A stretch of DNA of 57,138 nucleotides, taken from contig DAIBFU010000001.1 in the NCBI GenBank assembly GCA_027422105.1, positions 1-57,138 on the forward strand. Reading direction: 5' to 3'. Origin of the DNA: Vulcanimicrobiota bacterium. Lineage in GTDB: Bacteria; Vulcanimicrobiota; Vulcanimicrobiia; Vulcanimicrobiales; Vulcanimicrobiaceae. How positions within the stretch are numbered: position 1 is the stretch's first letter; the number at the start of each line of letters is the position of its first letter. Below the pieces are notes generated by a model. That model did not search any database, was not told the DNA's origin, and saw nothing but the letters and a program-made list of their open reading frames with translations. A program made the translations under genes and the position numbers. This document shows, piece after piece, positions 46,080-55,184 of this stretch.

Positions 46080-48186
46080 ACCCCGTCGCCCGGTGCGATG
46101 GAAAAGCATCTGGCTGATCGCACTCCTGCTCGTTATATTCGGGGTGGGCACGTTTGCCGGCATGGTGTTGGTGATATCTCGTAATCTGCCCGACGTTCGT
46201 GAACTTTCCGATTATCAGCCCGAAGGCGCAACGCGGATCTTTGCCGCCGACGGCAGTGTGCTCGGCAGCGTGTACAAACAGAACCGCGTCTACGTCCCGC
46301 TCGCGAAAATCCCCCCGATGGTTCGTGACGCGTTTATCGCGAACGAAGATCACACGTTTTATACTAATCCCGGAATCGATGTCGTCGGTATCATCCGCGC
46401 AGCAATCGCCGACGCGCTCCATCAACCGCTCGAAGGTGCTTCGACGATCACGCAACAACTCGCCCGCGGCCTCTTTCTCAACGACCGCATTACGATCACA
46501 CGAAAAGTAGAAGAAGCCCTGTTGGCGCTGAAGATCGAACATTATTATACGAAAGATCAAATCCTCGAACGGTATCTCAACCTCATCTACCTCGGTGCAG
46601 GAGCCTATGGCGTCGATGCCGCCGCACGAACCTATTTCGGTCACAGTGTCTCGCAACTAACCATTGGGCAGGCCGCCATGATCGCCGGTGTCGTCGCTGC
46701 TCCCTCCGACTATTCGCCATTTGTCAATCTTCAGCTCGCGCGAGAACGGCAACGTCACGTACTCGGCCGCATGGTTGCAAGCGGATATATCACGCGAGCG
46801 CAAGCGCGCGCAGCATTTGCAGCGCCGCTGCATTTCGTAAAAGAACGTAGCGCGGGGCCGCTCGGCTATCGCGCACCGTGGTTTACCACCTACGTCATCG
46901 CCCGTTTACGCCGTCTTTTCGGGAATCGCGCAGTCCGCGAAGGTGGGCTGCAAGTCTATACGAGCCTCAACCCGCGCATGGAGAGCGATGCGCAATCGGC
47001 GATCGATTGGGGGTTGCGCGCAGCGAAGGCCGAGGGCATCGGTGCGCATCAAGCGGCGCTGGTTGCGATTCGTCCATCCACCGGCGAGATCGTCGCAATG
47101 ATCGGCGGGAAGAAATTCTCCGCGAACGATCAATTCAATCGGGCGTGGCAGGCTCTGCGTCAACCCGGATCGTCGTTCAAAATTTATCTCTATACTGCGG
47201 CGATGAACAGCGGCCTCTCTCCGTCAACGGTGATGGATGACACGCCGGTCACCTATCCCATGTTTGACGGAAAGACGTGGTCGCCGCACGACGACGATAA
47301 CCGTTTTATGGGACCGATCACGCTTCGCCGCGCACTTGCGCTCTCGCGCAATGTCGTGGCGGTGAAGCTCGCCGACCGCATCGGGCTCGATAAGTTCATT
47401 GCCTACGCTCACGCAATGGGTGTGCGTGCCCCATTGGAGCCGAATCTTTCGTTGGCCCTTGGAACCTCGTCGGTGAGCGTCCTCGATCAGGCGAGCGGAT
47501 TTCAGACCTTAGCGAATCAGGGACTCCATATCACGCCGCGCTCGATTTTGATGGTTCGCGATGCGTATGGGAACGTCGTTCTCGACGACCGAACGCCGCG
47601 CGAACGACGGGTCGTTTCTCCGGCGACGGCGTTTCTGATGACCTCGATGCTCGAAGATACCATCGCCTACGGCACGGGCGTTAACGCGAACATCGGTCGC
47701 CCCGCTGCCGGCAAGACGGGGACGACGTCGGATTTTCGCGATGCGTGGTTTGTCGGGTATACGCCCGACCTCGTCACCGCCGTCTGGATGGGCAACGACA
47801 ACGATTCGCGGATGATTGAATCGTACGGCGGCAACGTTCCGGCGCGCATTTGGGCGCGCTTCATGCGCGCGGCGCTTGCCAAGACGCCGCCGCATCCGTT
47901 CCTCGTTCCAAAGGGTGTCGTGAAAGAGCCGACGTGTAACGGGGGCGTCGACTTTTTCCTGGCGGGGAATCAGAAGTCCGTGCATTGCGGGCACCCGAAA
48001 GTTCTGCCGTCGCCGGCGGCTTCGGCGAGCCCGAATCCGGATGCAACGCCGCCGCCGAATACCGCGGGTGACGGAACGAATTACATCCCGCTCGGTTCGA
48101 CACCGCTCCCTTCGATGACACCGGCGCCGGCGACGAGCAGCGACACCGCGCAGGGGCCGACGCCGCAGGCAAGCGCAACGCCGTGA
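46057..48186 (+). CDS. class A penicillin-binding protein (PBP1A family transglycosylase/transpeptidase)
   Basis: GT51 motifs EDHTFYTNPGID, GASTITQQLAR and RKVEEALLALKIE. Transpeptidase motifs PGSSFK, SRN and KTGTT. The C-terminal tail is Ser/Pro/Thr-rich. Confidence 0.94.
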   Translation: MRRAPRRKPRRPVRWKSIWLIALLLVIFGVGTFAGMVLVISRNLPDVRELSDYQPEGATRIFAADGSVLGSVYKQNRVYVPLAKIPPMVRDAFIANEDHTFYTNPGIDVVGIIRAAIADALHQPLEGASTITQQLARGLFLNDRITITRKVEEALLALKIEHYYTKDQILERYLNLIYLGAGAYGVDAAARTYFGHSVSQLTIGQAAMIAGVVAAPSDYSPFVNLQLARERQRHVLGRMVASGYITRAQARAAFAAPLHFVKERSAGPLGYRAPWFTTYVIARLRRLFGNRAVREGGLQVYTSLNPRMESDAQSAIDWGLRAAKAEGIGAHQAALVAIRPSTGEIVAMIGGKKFSANDQFNRAWQALRQPGSSFKIYLYTAAMNSGLSPSTVMDDTPVTYPMFDGKTWSPHDDDNRFMGPITLRRALALSRNVVAVKLADRIGLDKFIAYAHAMGVRAPLEPNLSLALGTSSVSVLDQASGFQTLANQGLHITPRSILMVRDAYGNVVLDDRTPRERRVVSPATAFLMTSMLEDTIAYGTGVNANIGRPAAGKTGTTSDFRDAWFVGYTPDLVTAVWMGNDNDSRMIESYGGNVPARIWARFMRAALAKTPPHPFLVPKGVVKEPTCNGGVDFFLAGNQKSVHCGHPKVLPSPAASASPNPDATPPPNTAGDGTNYIPLGSTPLPSMTPAPATSSDTAQGPTPQASATP

Positions 48187-49547
48187 GCGAGGATGAAAAA
48201 CTTCGCGCACCGATGACCGTTGCGGAGTTCTCGCAGCGCATGAGCGATCTCTTCGCGCGGGTTCCACGCTTTCGCGATATCGCCGTCAGCGGCGAGATTA
48301 CCGGCATGCGTCCGTCATCGAACGCGATCTACTTCGACCTGAAAGATCAGGGAGCGCAGGGCGGCCCGGTGCTCTCGTGTTTCTTGCGCGCCGATCGCGT
48401 GCCCAACGATGTGAAACTCGCCGACGGGCTGGCCGTGGTTGCGCGCGGGGAGATCATCAACTACGGCCCGCGTAGCCGCTACTCGTTAACCGTTCGCGAG
48501 ATTGCGGCGACCGGGCTCGGGTTGCTCTTCCTCGAATTTCAGGCGCTCAAGGATCGTCTGCAACGCGAGGGACTCTTTAACGACGACCGCAAACGCGCGC
48601 TGCCGCGCTTTCCGCGCAAGGTCGCCGTCGTCTCGACGCGCGAAGGGAAAGGCATCGAGGATTTCGTCCGCGAGATCGAAAAGCGCGCGCCCTTCGTCCA
48701 CCTGCGCCTCTTCGATACACGCGTGCAAGGGATTGGCGCGGAGCGCGATATCGCCGCCGCAATCGAGCGCGCCGACCGCAGCGGCGCCGAGCTGATCGTG
48801 CTCGGGCGCGGCGGTGGTTCCTACGAGGATCTCTTCCCCTTCAATCGCGAGGAGGTCGTGCGCGCGATCGTCGCCGCGCAGACGCCGGTGCTGACGGCGA
48901 TCGGCCATAGCGCGGATATTCATCTCGCCGATCTCGCCGCCGACGAGCACGCAAATACGCCGAGCCTTGCCGCCGAGCGCGTGCTGGCGGGGTGGATCAA
49001 GGCGGCGGAATGGTTGCCGAAGATGAGCGAGCGGCTTGGCTATGCAGCGCAACGGCGTCTCGATCGTGCAACGCACGACGTCGAAATGCGTTCGCGTGCC
49101 GTCGATGCGGCGATGGTCGCTCGTTTTGCAACGCTGCAGACGAAGATCGTACAACGCGAGCGAGCGCTGGCGGCGCTGGACCCGCGCGCACGCCTTGCCG
49201 CCCGCGCGGCGGCGATCGCTACAAAAAGCGAGCAACTCCAGGCCTCGGCGGTCGCGCTGCTGCGACGCGCGCGAACGCAGCTCGAGGTTCGCGGAGAACG
49301 GCTTCCGGAGCGCGTTGCCGGGCTCGCGTTGCGCAAGCGCTCGCTGCTCGATCTGCGCTCGGCTGCACTGCGGGGAGTCGATCCTCACGCACCGTTGGAG
49401 CGCGGATACGCAATCGTTCTTCGCGACGGCATTGCCGTCCGGAGCGCGCAGCAGTTGCAGGTCGGCGACGAAGTGCGTGCCCGCTTCGGCCGCGGGGCTG
49501 CACGCGCGCGCATCGAACGTATCGAAAGAGAGGAGGGAGAGGTATGA
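48183..49547 (+). CDS. xseA: exodeoxyribonuclease VII large subunit
   Basis: OB-fold N-terminus VSGEITGMRPSSNAIYFDLKD, followed by a long helical C-terminus. GTGA overlap. The start could be the ATG at 48213. Confidence 0.9.
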   Translation: MSEDEKLRAPMTVAEFSQRMSDLFARVPRFRDIAVSGEITGMRPSSNAIYFDLKDQGAQGGPVLSCFLRADRVPNDVKLADGLAVVARGEIINYGPRSRYSLTVREIAATGLGLLFLEFQALKDRLQREGLFNDDRKRALPRFPRKVAVVSTREGKGIEDFVREIEKRAPFVHLRLFDTRVQGIGAERDIAAAIERADRSGAELIVLGRGGGSYEDLFPFNREEVVRAIVAAQTPVLTAIGHSADIHLADLAADEHANTPSLAAERVLAGWIKAAEWLPKMSERLGYAAQRRLDRATHDVEMRSRAVDAAMVARFATLQTKIVQRERALAALDPRARLAARAAAIATKSEQLQASAVALLRRARTQLEVRGERLPERVAGLALRKRSLLDLRSAALRGVDPHAPLERGYAIVLRDGIAVRSAQQLQVGDEVRARFGRGAARARIERIEREEGEV

Positions 49548-49747
49548 GTGAACCCGGCGAGGCCTTCGAACAGAAACTCGCACGCATCGATGCGATCGTC
49601 AAAGAGTTGGCAAACGAACAGACGACGCTCGACCGCGGTGTCGCGCTCTTTCAGGAAGGGCGGACGCTGATCACCGCCTGTGAAGCGCTCCTGAAAGGCG
49701 CACAAGAACAGGTTGAGGCTGCCACGAAGGGCGAGGGCAAGGTATGA
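49544..49747 (+). CDS. xseB: exodeoxyribonuclease VII small subunit
   Basis: Start trimmed to the ATG at 49544 (ATGA overlap). The product reads FEQKLARIDAIVKELANEQTTLDRGVALFQEGRTLITACEALL. Confidence 0.9.
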   Translation: MSEPGEAFEQKLARIDAIVKELANEQTTLDRGVALFQEGRTLITACEALLKGAQEQVEAATKGEGKV

Positions 49748-49977
49748 GCGGCGGATGTTGCACCGCATGCGGTGCCGTCTGTGCGACATCGGCGGCTTCG
49801 TGCGCCGCGTGTGGGGCGATCGTCAGCGCTATTGCTGCCGAGAGCGCGACGGCAACGCGCAGTGGCTCGGAGAAGCCGTGGCCGGGACGATCGGCCGCCG
49901 GCACCATTCTGATCGGCGTCGGCCTCGTTCTGCTCGTGGCGATTTTGGTGGTCGCGGCCTCGTTGGCGCCGCGTTAG
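49744..49977 (+). CDS. small zinc-ribbon protein with C-terminal TM helix
   Basis: MSGGCCTACGAVCATSAASCAACG (CxxC...CxxC) and ILIGVGLVLLVAILVVAASL. ATGA overlap with xseB. Confidence 0.6.
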   Translation: MSGGCCTACGAVCATSAASCAACGAIVSAIAAESATATRSGSEKPWPGRSAAGTILIGVGLVLLVAILVVAASLAPR

Positions 49978-50015
49978 CGTATGCAAGAACAGGTTGCGAA
50001 CGGCGAGAGCAAGGC

Positions 50016-50276
50016 ATGAGCGGCGGCGGAACATGCGGCACCTGCGGAGCATCGTTTCTGCCTCCGAGCGTGCAGTGCGGCATCTGCGGCGGCGCCTTTA
50101 CTACGGCGATCGCCATTCAAACGATGCAAACCAACGAGATCATCGCCGCGGAATTTCCGGAACAATTATCGCCGGTTATGGATCGGAGCGCTCCCCGTGT
50201 CGCGCGTCTGTTCACGGCGGTGACGATCGCCTTGTGCATCACGGCACTGGTGGTCGTCTATTTCTGGCATTTCTAA
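50016..50276 (+). CDS. small zinc-ribbon protein with C-terminal TM helix (tandem paralogue)
   Basis: MSGGGTCGTCGASFLPPSVQCGICG and LFTAVTIALCITALVVVYFW. Start trimmed to the ATG at 50016. Confidence 0.6.
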   Translation: MSGGGTCGTCGASFLPPSVQCGICGGAFTTAIAIQTMQTNEIIAAEFPEQLSPVMDRSAPRVARLFTAVTIALCITALVVVYFWHF

Positions 50277-50284
50277 AGCTCGCG

Positions 50285-50581
50285 CTACCCGCCGGCGATC
50301 GCTCCGATAATCAACAGCGGCTCGCTGCCGTTGGCGACGGCATCGGGAAGCACGCTCGTGGGGTCTTCATGCGAGAGATCGGTGTTGCAGGCGTAGAAGC
50401 GCACCATCGCTCGACGTGTGCGCGTTCCGTGATGCAGCATCGTCCCGCGCAGCGCCGGGTAGCGCTCCTCGATGGCGCCGATCACCGATACAATCGTCGG
50501 CTCGCCCTCTGGTTCGACCTCGATCTCCCCGCCGATATTCGCCAATACTTTGAGGTGGGCGGGAAGAACCACGCGGATCAT
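50285..50581 (-). CDS. MoaD/ThiS-family ubiquitin-like protein with C-terminal Gly-Gly
   Basis: [23 protein letters not shown]...[10 protein letters not shown] ends in GG immediately before the stop. ATGA overlap with the upstream BNR gene. Confidence 0.75.
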   Translation of the reverse strand: MIRVVLPAHLKVLANIGGEIEVEPEGEPTIVSVIGAIEERYPALRGTMLHHGTRTRRAMVRFYACNTDLSHEDPTSVLPDAVANGSEPLLIIGAIAGG

Positions 50582-51693
50582 TCGAGCGTCTGAACTTCCA
50601 CCGAGAGCACCGGGGGGAGATCGCGAGCGATCGCCGTCCAGGAATCACCGCTATCCGATGAGGCGTAGATCTGTCCGCCGGTCGTGCCGAAGTAGATGCC
50701 GCAGGAATCGAGCCGGTCGACGGCCATCGCGTCGCGCAGCACGTTGACGTAGCAGTGCTCCTGCGGAAGCCCTTTCGTTAGCGCCTCCCACTCATTGCCG
50801 CCGCTCTTGCTGCGGTAGACGCGCAATGCACCGTCGAGCGGAAAGTGTTCGCGGTCGCTCGTAATCGGAACGACGTAAATCGTTTCGGGTTCGTGAGCGT
50901 GAACGTCGATTGCAAATCCGAAATCGGTGGGGAGGTTGCCGCTGATCTCGTGCCATCGATCGCCGCCGTTGTCGCTGCGCATAACGTCCCAGTGTTTCTG
51001 CATGAACAGCACCTGCGGCTTCGCCGGGTGCATGGCGAGCCGATGTACGCAGTGCCCGACCTCGGCATTGGGATCGGGAATATATTCCGAATGAAGGCCC
51101 TGATTGATCGGGCGCCAGGTGGCTCCGCCGTCGTCGGTACGGAACGCTCCGGCTGCAGAGATCGCGACGTAGATTCGTTGCGCATCGGTAGGATCGACGA
51201 TGATGGTGTGAAGGCAGAGGCCGCCGGCACCGGGGTGCCAGGTGCTTCCGGTGCTGCTGGTGCGGAGCGCGTCGAGTTCGCGCCAACTCTCGCCCCCGTC
51301 GTCGGAGCGAAAGAGCGCAGCATCTTCGACACCGGCGTAGAGGACGTCGGGGTTCGTCGGCGAGGGCTCGATATGCCAGACGCGTTTGAACTCCCACGGG
51401 CGCGCGGTACCGTCGAACCATTGATGCGTCCCGGGAGTGCCGGCGTAGGTGAATTCATTATTGACCGTGCGCCACGTCCGCCCACCGTCGTCGGAGCGCT
51501 GCATGACTTGGCCGAACCACGAACTGCACTGCGAGGCGTAGAGGCGTTGGGGATCGGCGGGTGAGCCCGTCATGTGGTAGATCTCCCAGCCGGGGAACAA
51601 TGGGCCCTCGATCTTCCAACGGTCGCGCTTTGCATCGGCCTGAAGAATGAAGGCGCCTTTTCTGGTACCGGCGAGAACGCGGACAGCACTCAT
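50578..51693 (-). CDS. BNR/Asp-box repeat beta-propeller protein (sialidase-like / PSII stability factor-like fold)
   Basis: Five Asp-boxes are present: [36 protein letters not shown] and SSDSGDSW. No signal peptide is evident. Confidence 0.8.
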   Translation of the reverse strand: MSAVRVLAGTRKGAFILQADAKRDRWKIEGPLFPGWEIYHMTGSPADPQRLYASQCSSWFGQVMQRSDDGGRTWRTVNNEFTYAGTPGTHQWFDGTARPWEFKRVWHIEPSPTNPDVLYAGVEDAALFRSDDGGESWRELDALRTSSTGSTWHPGAGGLCLHTIIVDPTDAQRIYVAISAAGAFRTDDGGATWRPINQGLHSEYIPDPNAEVGHCVHRLAMHPAKPQVLFMQKHWDVMRSDNGGDRWHEISGNLPTDFGFAIDVHAHEPETIYVVPITSDREHFPLDGALRVYRSKSGGNEWEALTKGLPQEHCYVNVLRDAMAVDRLDSCGIYFGTTGGQIYASSDSGDSWTAIARDLPPVLSVEVQTLE

Positions 51694-51725
51694 GGTTTAC
51701 GACCTCCGTCGCAGCAGCCTGCGGC

Positions 51726-51771
51726 GCTTTCCGCAGCCCCTCCTGCCCGAGCAAGCAGCGCTGCGGAAAGC
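51726..51771. promoter_or_regulatory. perfect 12-bp inverted repeat in the BNR / tlyA divergent intergenic region
   Basis: GCTTTCCGCAGC (51726-51737) and GCTGCGGAAAGC (51760-51771) flank a 22-nt spacer. The element is about 30 nt upstream of the tlyA ATG. Confidence 0.6.
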
Positions 51772-51801
51772 ATTGCGTGGCGCTTCACGAAGAAGCCGAG
51801 G

Positions 51802-52590
51802 ATGAAAGGAACGCGACTCGACGATGCAGTTGCCGAGCAATTCGCGCTCTCGCGTTCGCATGCGCGCAGCCTTATTCTCGAAGGTCGAGTCCGTGTCGAC
51901 GGAGCGCCGGCGCAGAAAGCCGGAGCCAACGTCCGGCCTGGTGCGTCGATCGAGGTGCGTCAGCCGCGCCGATTCGTGAGCCGTGGAGGGGAGAAACTCG
52001 AAGCGGCGCTCGATGCATTTGCAATCGACGTCAGCGAACTGCGGGCGCTCGATATCGGCGCATCGACCGGCGGCTTCACCGATTGCCTGCTCCAGCGTGG
52101 CGCCGCGCATGTGACTGCGCTCGACGTCGGCTACGGACAGCTCGATTGGCGCCTGCGGAACGATCCTCGCGTCACGGTCATGGAGCGGACACATGCGCGC
52201 AATCTTCCCGTCGATGCGTTTGCGGTACCATTCGAGCTCATCGTGATCGACGTATCGTTTATCTCGCTGCATACGATACTCGCCTCGGCAATGCGCTTTC
52301 TTTCACCCGACGGCACGGTCGTTGCGTTGGTGAAGCCGCAATTCGAGGCGGGCAGAGAGCGACTCGGGCGCGGCGGCGTCGTGCGAGACCCGTCCATCCA
52401 TCGCGCCGTCCTGCACGAGGTCGCGGACTCCTCGGCGGCGCTCGGCCTGCTGCCGACGGCGTTGATCTCCTCACCGTTGAAGGGACCTGCCGGGAACCGC
52501 GAGTTCTTGCTTCAACTGCGGCGTTCAGGAGAACCGCTTGCGGAGGGACGAATCGAGGAGGTCGTCGGCGAAGGACTATCGGCACCATGA
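51802..52590 (+). CDS. tlyA: TlyA-family rRNA 2'-O-methyltransferase (hemolysin A-like)
   Basis: Start trimmed to the ATG at 51802. S4 domain RLDDAVAEQFALSRSHARSLILEGRVRVDG and FtsJ-like motif DIGASTGGFTDCLLQRGA. Confidence 0.9.
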   Translation: MKGTRLDDAVAEQFALSRSHARSLILEGRVRVDGAPAQKAGANVRPGASIEVRQPRRFVSRGGEKLEAALDAFAIDVSELRALDIGASTGGFTDCLLQRGAAHVTALDVGYGQLDWRLRNDPRVTVMERTHARNLPVDAFAVPFELIVIDVSFISLHTILASAMRFLSPDGTVVALVKPQFEAGRERLGRGGVVRDPSIHRAVLHEVADSSAALGLLPTALISSPLKGPAGNREFLLQLRRSGEPLAEGRIEEVVGEGLSAP

Positions 52591-53438
52591 AAACGCTTTC
52601 GTTCGCGCGGCGTTCGGTCGCCGTCCACCTCTCGTCGCGCGAGTCCGCGCATGCGTATGCCCGACATTTTATCGGCCTTCTCGAGAAGCGCTCGATCTCG
52701 TGCGTCGTTCTCGATGGGGAAGCGGCCGATCCCAAGCTCCTCGAACGTGCCGATCTCCTCGTGAGCATCGGTGGCGACGGCACGCTGCTCCGGGCCGCGC
52801 GGCGCGTCGTCGATCTCGGTATTCCGATTCTCGGTATCAATACCGGCCGCTTGGGTTTTCTCACCGAGTTCGATAGCAACGATCCCCGCATCGAAGATCT
52901 CCCCGATCTTCTCGACCGCGGGCTCCTCATCGAAGAGCGCGTTGCCCTTCAAGTCGAGGTCTGTGGGAAGAAGCACTTTGCGCTCAACGATGTCGTCGTT
53001 CGCAAAGGCGATATCGCGCGTGTCGTTCCCTTTCGACTTCATCTCGATGATGAAGAAGCAGTCGGTGTTCCGGCCGACGGTATTTGCGTCTGCACGCCGA
53101 CCGGTTCGACGGCATATTTTCTCTCCGCCGGGGGTTCGCTGATTTCACCGCGCGTCGATGCGTTCGGCGTCGTTCCGCTTCTGCCGCATACGTTGTTTTC
53201 GCGTCCGCTCATCGTCGCCGGCGATGCGCGCGTCACCATTTTTTGCGATGCCGATCTCGGTGGAGCGCACTTGGAGTGCGACGGCGATGTCGTGACCGAG
53301 ATCGCACCGAACGAGCCAATCGTCGTCTACCGCTATCCACGATTGGTGCGCTTCGCTCGCGTCGAGGCACTGCGATTTTTCGAGCGCCTCGAAGCGAAAC
53401 TCCGCTGGGGTGCCTCGATCGTCGAAACGGTTCGGTAG
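52587..53438 (+). CDS. nadK: NAD kinase
   Basis: Start trimmed to the ATG at 52587 (ATGA overlap). Motifs GGDGTLLRAAR and NTGRLGFLTE. Confidence 0.92.
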   Translation: MKTLSFARRSVAVHLSSRESAHAYARHFIGLLEKRSISCVVLDGEAADPKLLERADLLVSIGGDGTLLRAARRVVDLGIPILGINTGRLGFLTEFDSNDPRIEDLPDLLDRGLLIEERVALQVEVCGKKHFALNDVVVRKGDIARVVPFRLHLDDEEAVGVPADGICVCTPTGSTAYFLSAGGSLISPRVDAFGVVPLLPHTLFSRPLIVAGDARVTIFCDADLGGAHLECDGDVVTEIAPNEPIVVYRYPRLVRFARVEALRFFERLEAKLRWGASIVETVR

Positions 53439-53447
53439 GCGCGATTC

Positions 53448-55184
53448 GTGCTTCGTTCCTTGCGTATCGAGAACTTCGCGCTCATCCGGAGCGCCGACGT
53501 GGAGTTTGGAGCGGGGCTCACTGCATTTACCGGCGAGACGGGTTCGGGGAAGTCGATGCTCCTCGGAGCGCTTGCCTTCGCCTGCGGAGCGCGCAACGAT
53601 ATCGAAAGTATCGCTCGTCCGGAAGAACGCACGTTGGTGACGCTACACGTTGACGCCGATGAAGAACTCAAAGCGTGGCTCGACGAGCGCGGGTACGAAA
53701 TTGAAGACGATGAAGATATCACGCTCGAACGCGAGGTATCGCGAAGCGGAAAGAGTGCCGCGCGCATCTGCGGGCGCAGCGCGAGCCTCGCGGTGCTGCG
53801 CGATTTCGGCCGCGAGATCGTCGATCTTGTCGGTCAGCACGAAGCGCAGCGGCTGACCGCTGCAAGTTTTCAGCGAACCATGCTCGACCGCTTCGGTGGT
53901 GAAGCGACGCTCGACGCGGCGAACGCGGTCGCCGCGGCATATCGAGCGGTCGATGCGGCGCGGAACCGATTGACCGAATTGGAAGCAGCGCGACGGACGG
54001 AGCGAGAGCGGGCGGCGTTCGTTCACGATGCGTTGCTCGCCATCGAAGCACTTCGCCCGGAGGCCGGGGAATACGCAACGATGCGCGAGCGCCGCACCGT
54101 GCTCGCCCATGGAGAACGCATCGCCGCAGCCCTGCGCTCCGCGCACGAAGCGCTGCGCGGCGAAGAGGGATCCGCCGAGAGCGCGATCGGCGGCGCCGAT
54201 GCGGCGCTGCGATCGATTCTCTCGCTTCTCCCGGAGATCGCCGAGATTCTCGCGCGCATGGAGGCGATACAAGGTGAGTGCGGCGACCTCGCGCTCGAGA
54301 TATCACGTTCGCTCGAAAGCCTCGAGCGCGCACCGGGCGAACTCGAAGCGCTCGAATCGCGTTCGGCGGAGTTCGAACGACTCGCGCGTCTCTACGGCAA
54401 CGGGGATGCCGACGCACTTGCTGCGCTCTGGGAAGAGATGCGCGCGGCGGTCGATCTGCTCGAGAACGGCGAAGCGCTGCTCGCCGCAGCACGTGAAGAG
54501 GATCGCGCGGCTCGGGAGATTCTTTCCGAAGCCGATGCCCGCCAACGCTCGGCGCGTCGCGAGGCGGCACAACGCTTGAGTGCGACGATCGATGCGGAGT
54601 TTGCGGCGCTCTCGCTTGCCGGAGCGCATTTCGGCGTGAGCTTCGAAGCGCGCGGCGAGTGCGGCGTCCACGGAAGCGAACGCACGAGTTTTACCTTTGC
54701 GCCGAACCGAGGCGAACCGGAGCGAGCGCTGGCGAAGATCGCTTCGGGAGGCGAACGTTCGCGCGTTTTGCTCGCATTGGTGCTCGCGCTTGCCGGTGTT
54801 CGTCGCGGAGCGAGTTACGTCTTCGATGAGGTCGACGCCGGCATCGGCGGTGCGGTCGCCGTTGCCGTCGGCGAGAGGCTCGCGCGCCTAGCGAACGATG
54901 CGCAGGTCATCTGCGTCACCCATCTCGCACAGATCGCCGTGCACGCGCGCGCGCAAATCGTACTCGAGAAAGTATCGCTCGGAACGGGCACCGCGATCGC
55001 GCTCAATCCGGTTACCGACGATAACGCGCGCGAAAGCGAGATCGCGCGCATGCTCTCCGGCGAGCCGCACCGGCAGGCGCTCGAACACGCACGCGAGATG
55101 ATCGCGCGCGCGGCCGCCGCTACGGGATCTGGTGAATCTTTAAGACGTTCGTCCCGCCCGCGCCGACCGGCATCCCGGTCGTGA
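53448..55184 (+). CDS. recN: DNA repair protein RecN
   Basis: MLRSLRIENFALI, FTGETGSGKSM (Walker A), a long coiled-coil, and C-terminal FDEVDAGIGG. Confidence 0.94.
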   Translation: MLRSLRIENFALIRSADVEFGAGLTAFTGETGSGKSMLLGALAFACGARNDIESIARPEERTLVTLHVDADEELKAWLDERGYEIEDDEDITLEREVSRSGKSAARICGRSASLAVLRDFGREIVDLVGQHEAQRLTAASFQRTMLDRFGGEATLDAANAVAAAYRAVDAARNRLTELEAARRTERERAAFVHDALLAIEALRPEAGEYATMRERRTVLAHGERIAAALRSAHEALRGEEGSAESAIGGADAALRSILSLLPEIAEILARMEAIQGECGDLALEISRSLESLERAPGELEALESRSAEFERLARLYGNGDADALAALWEEMRAAVDLLENGEALLAAAREEDRAAREILSEADARQRSARREAAQRLSATIDAEFAALSLAGAHFGVSFEARGECGVHGSERTSFTFAPNRGEPERALAKIASGGERSRVLLALVLALAGVRRGASYVFDEVDAGIGGAVAVAVGERLARLANDAQVICVTHLAQIAVHARAQIVLEKVSLGTGTAIALNPVTDDNARESEIARMLSGEPHRQALEHAREMIARAAAATGSGESLRRSSRPRRPASRS

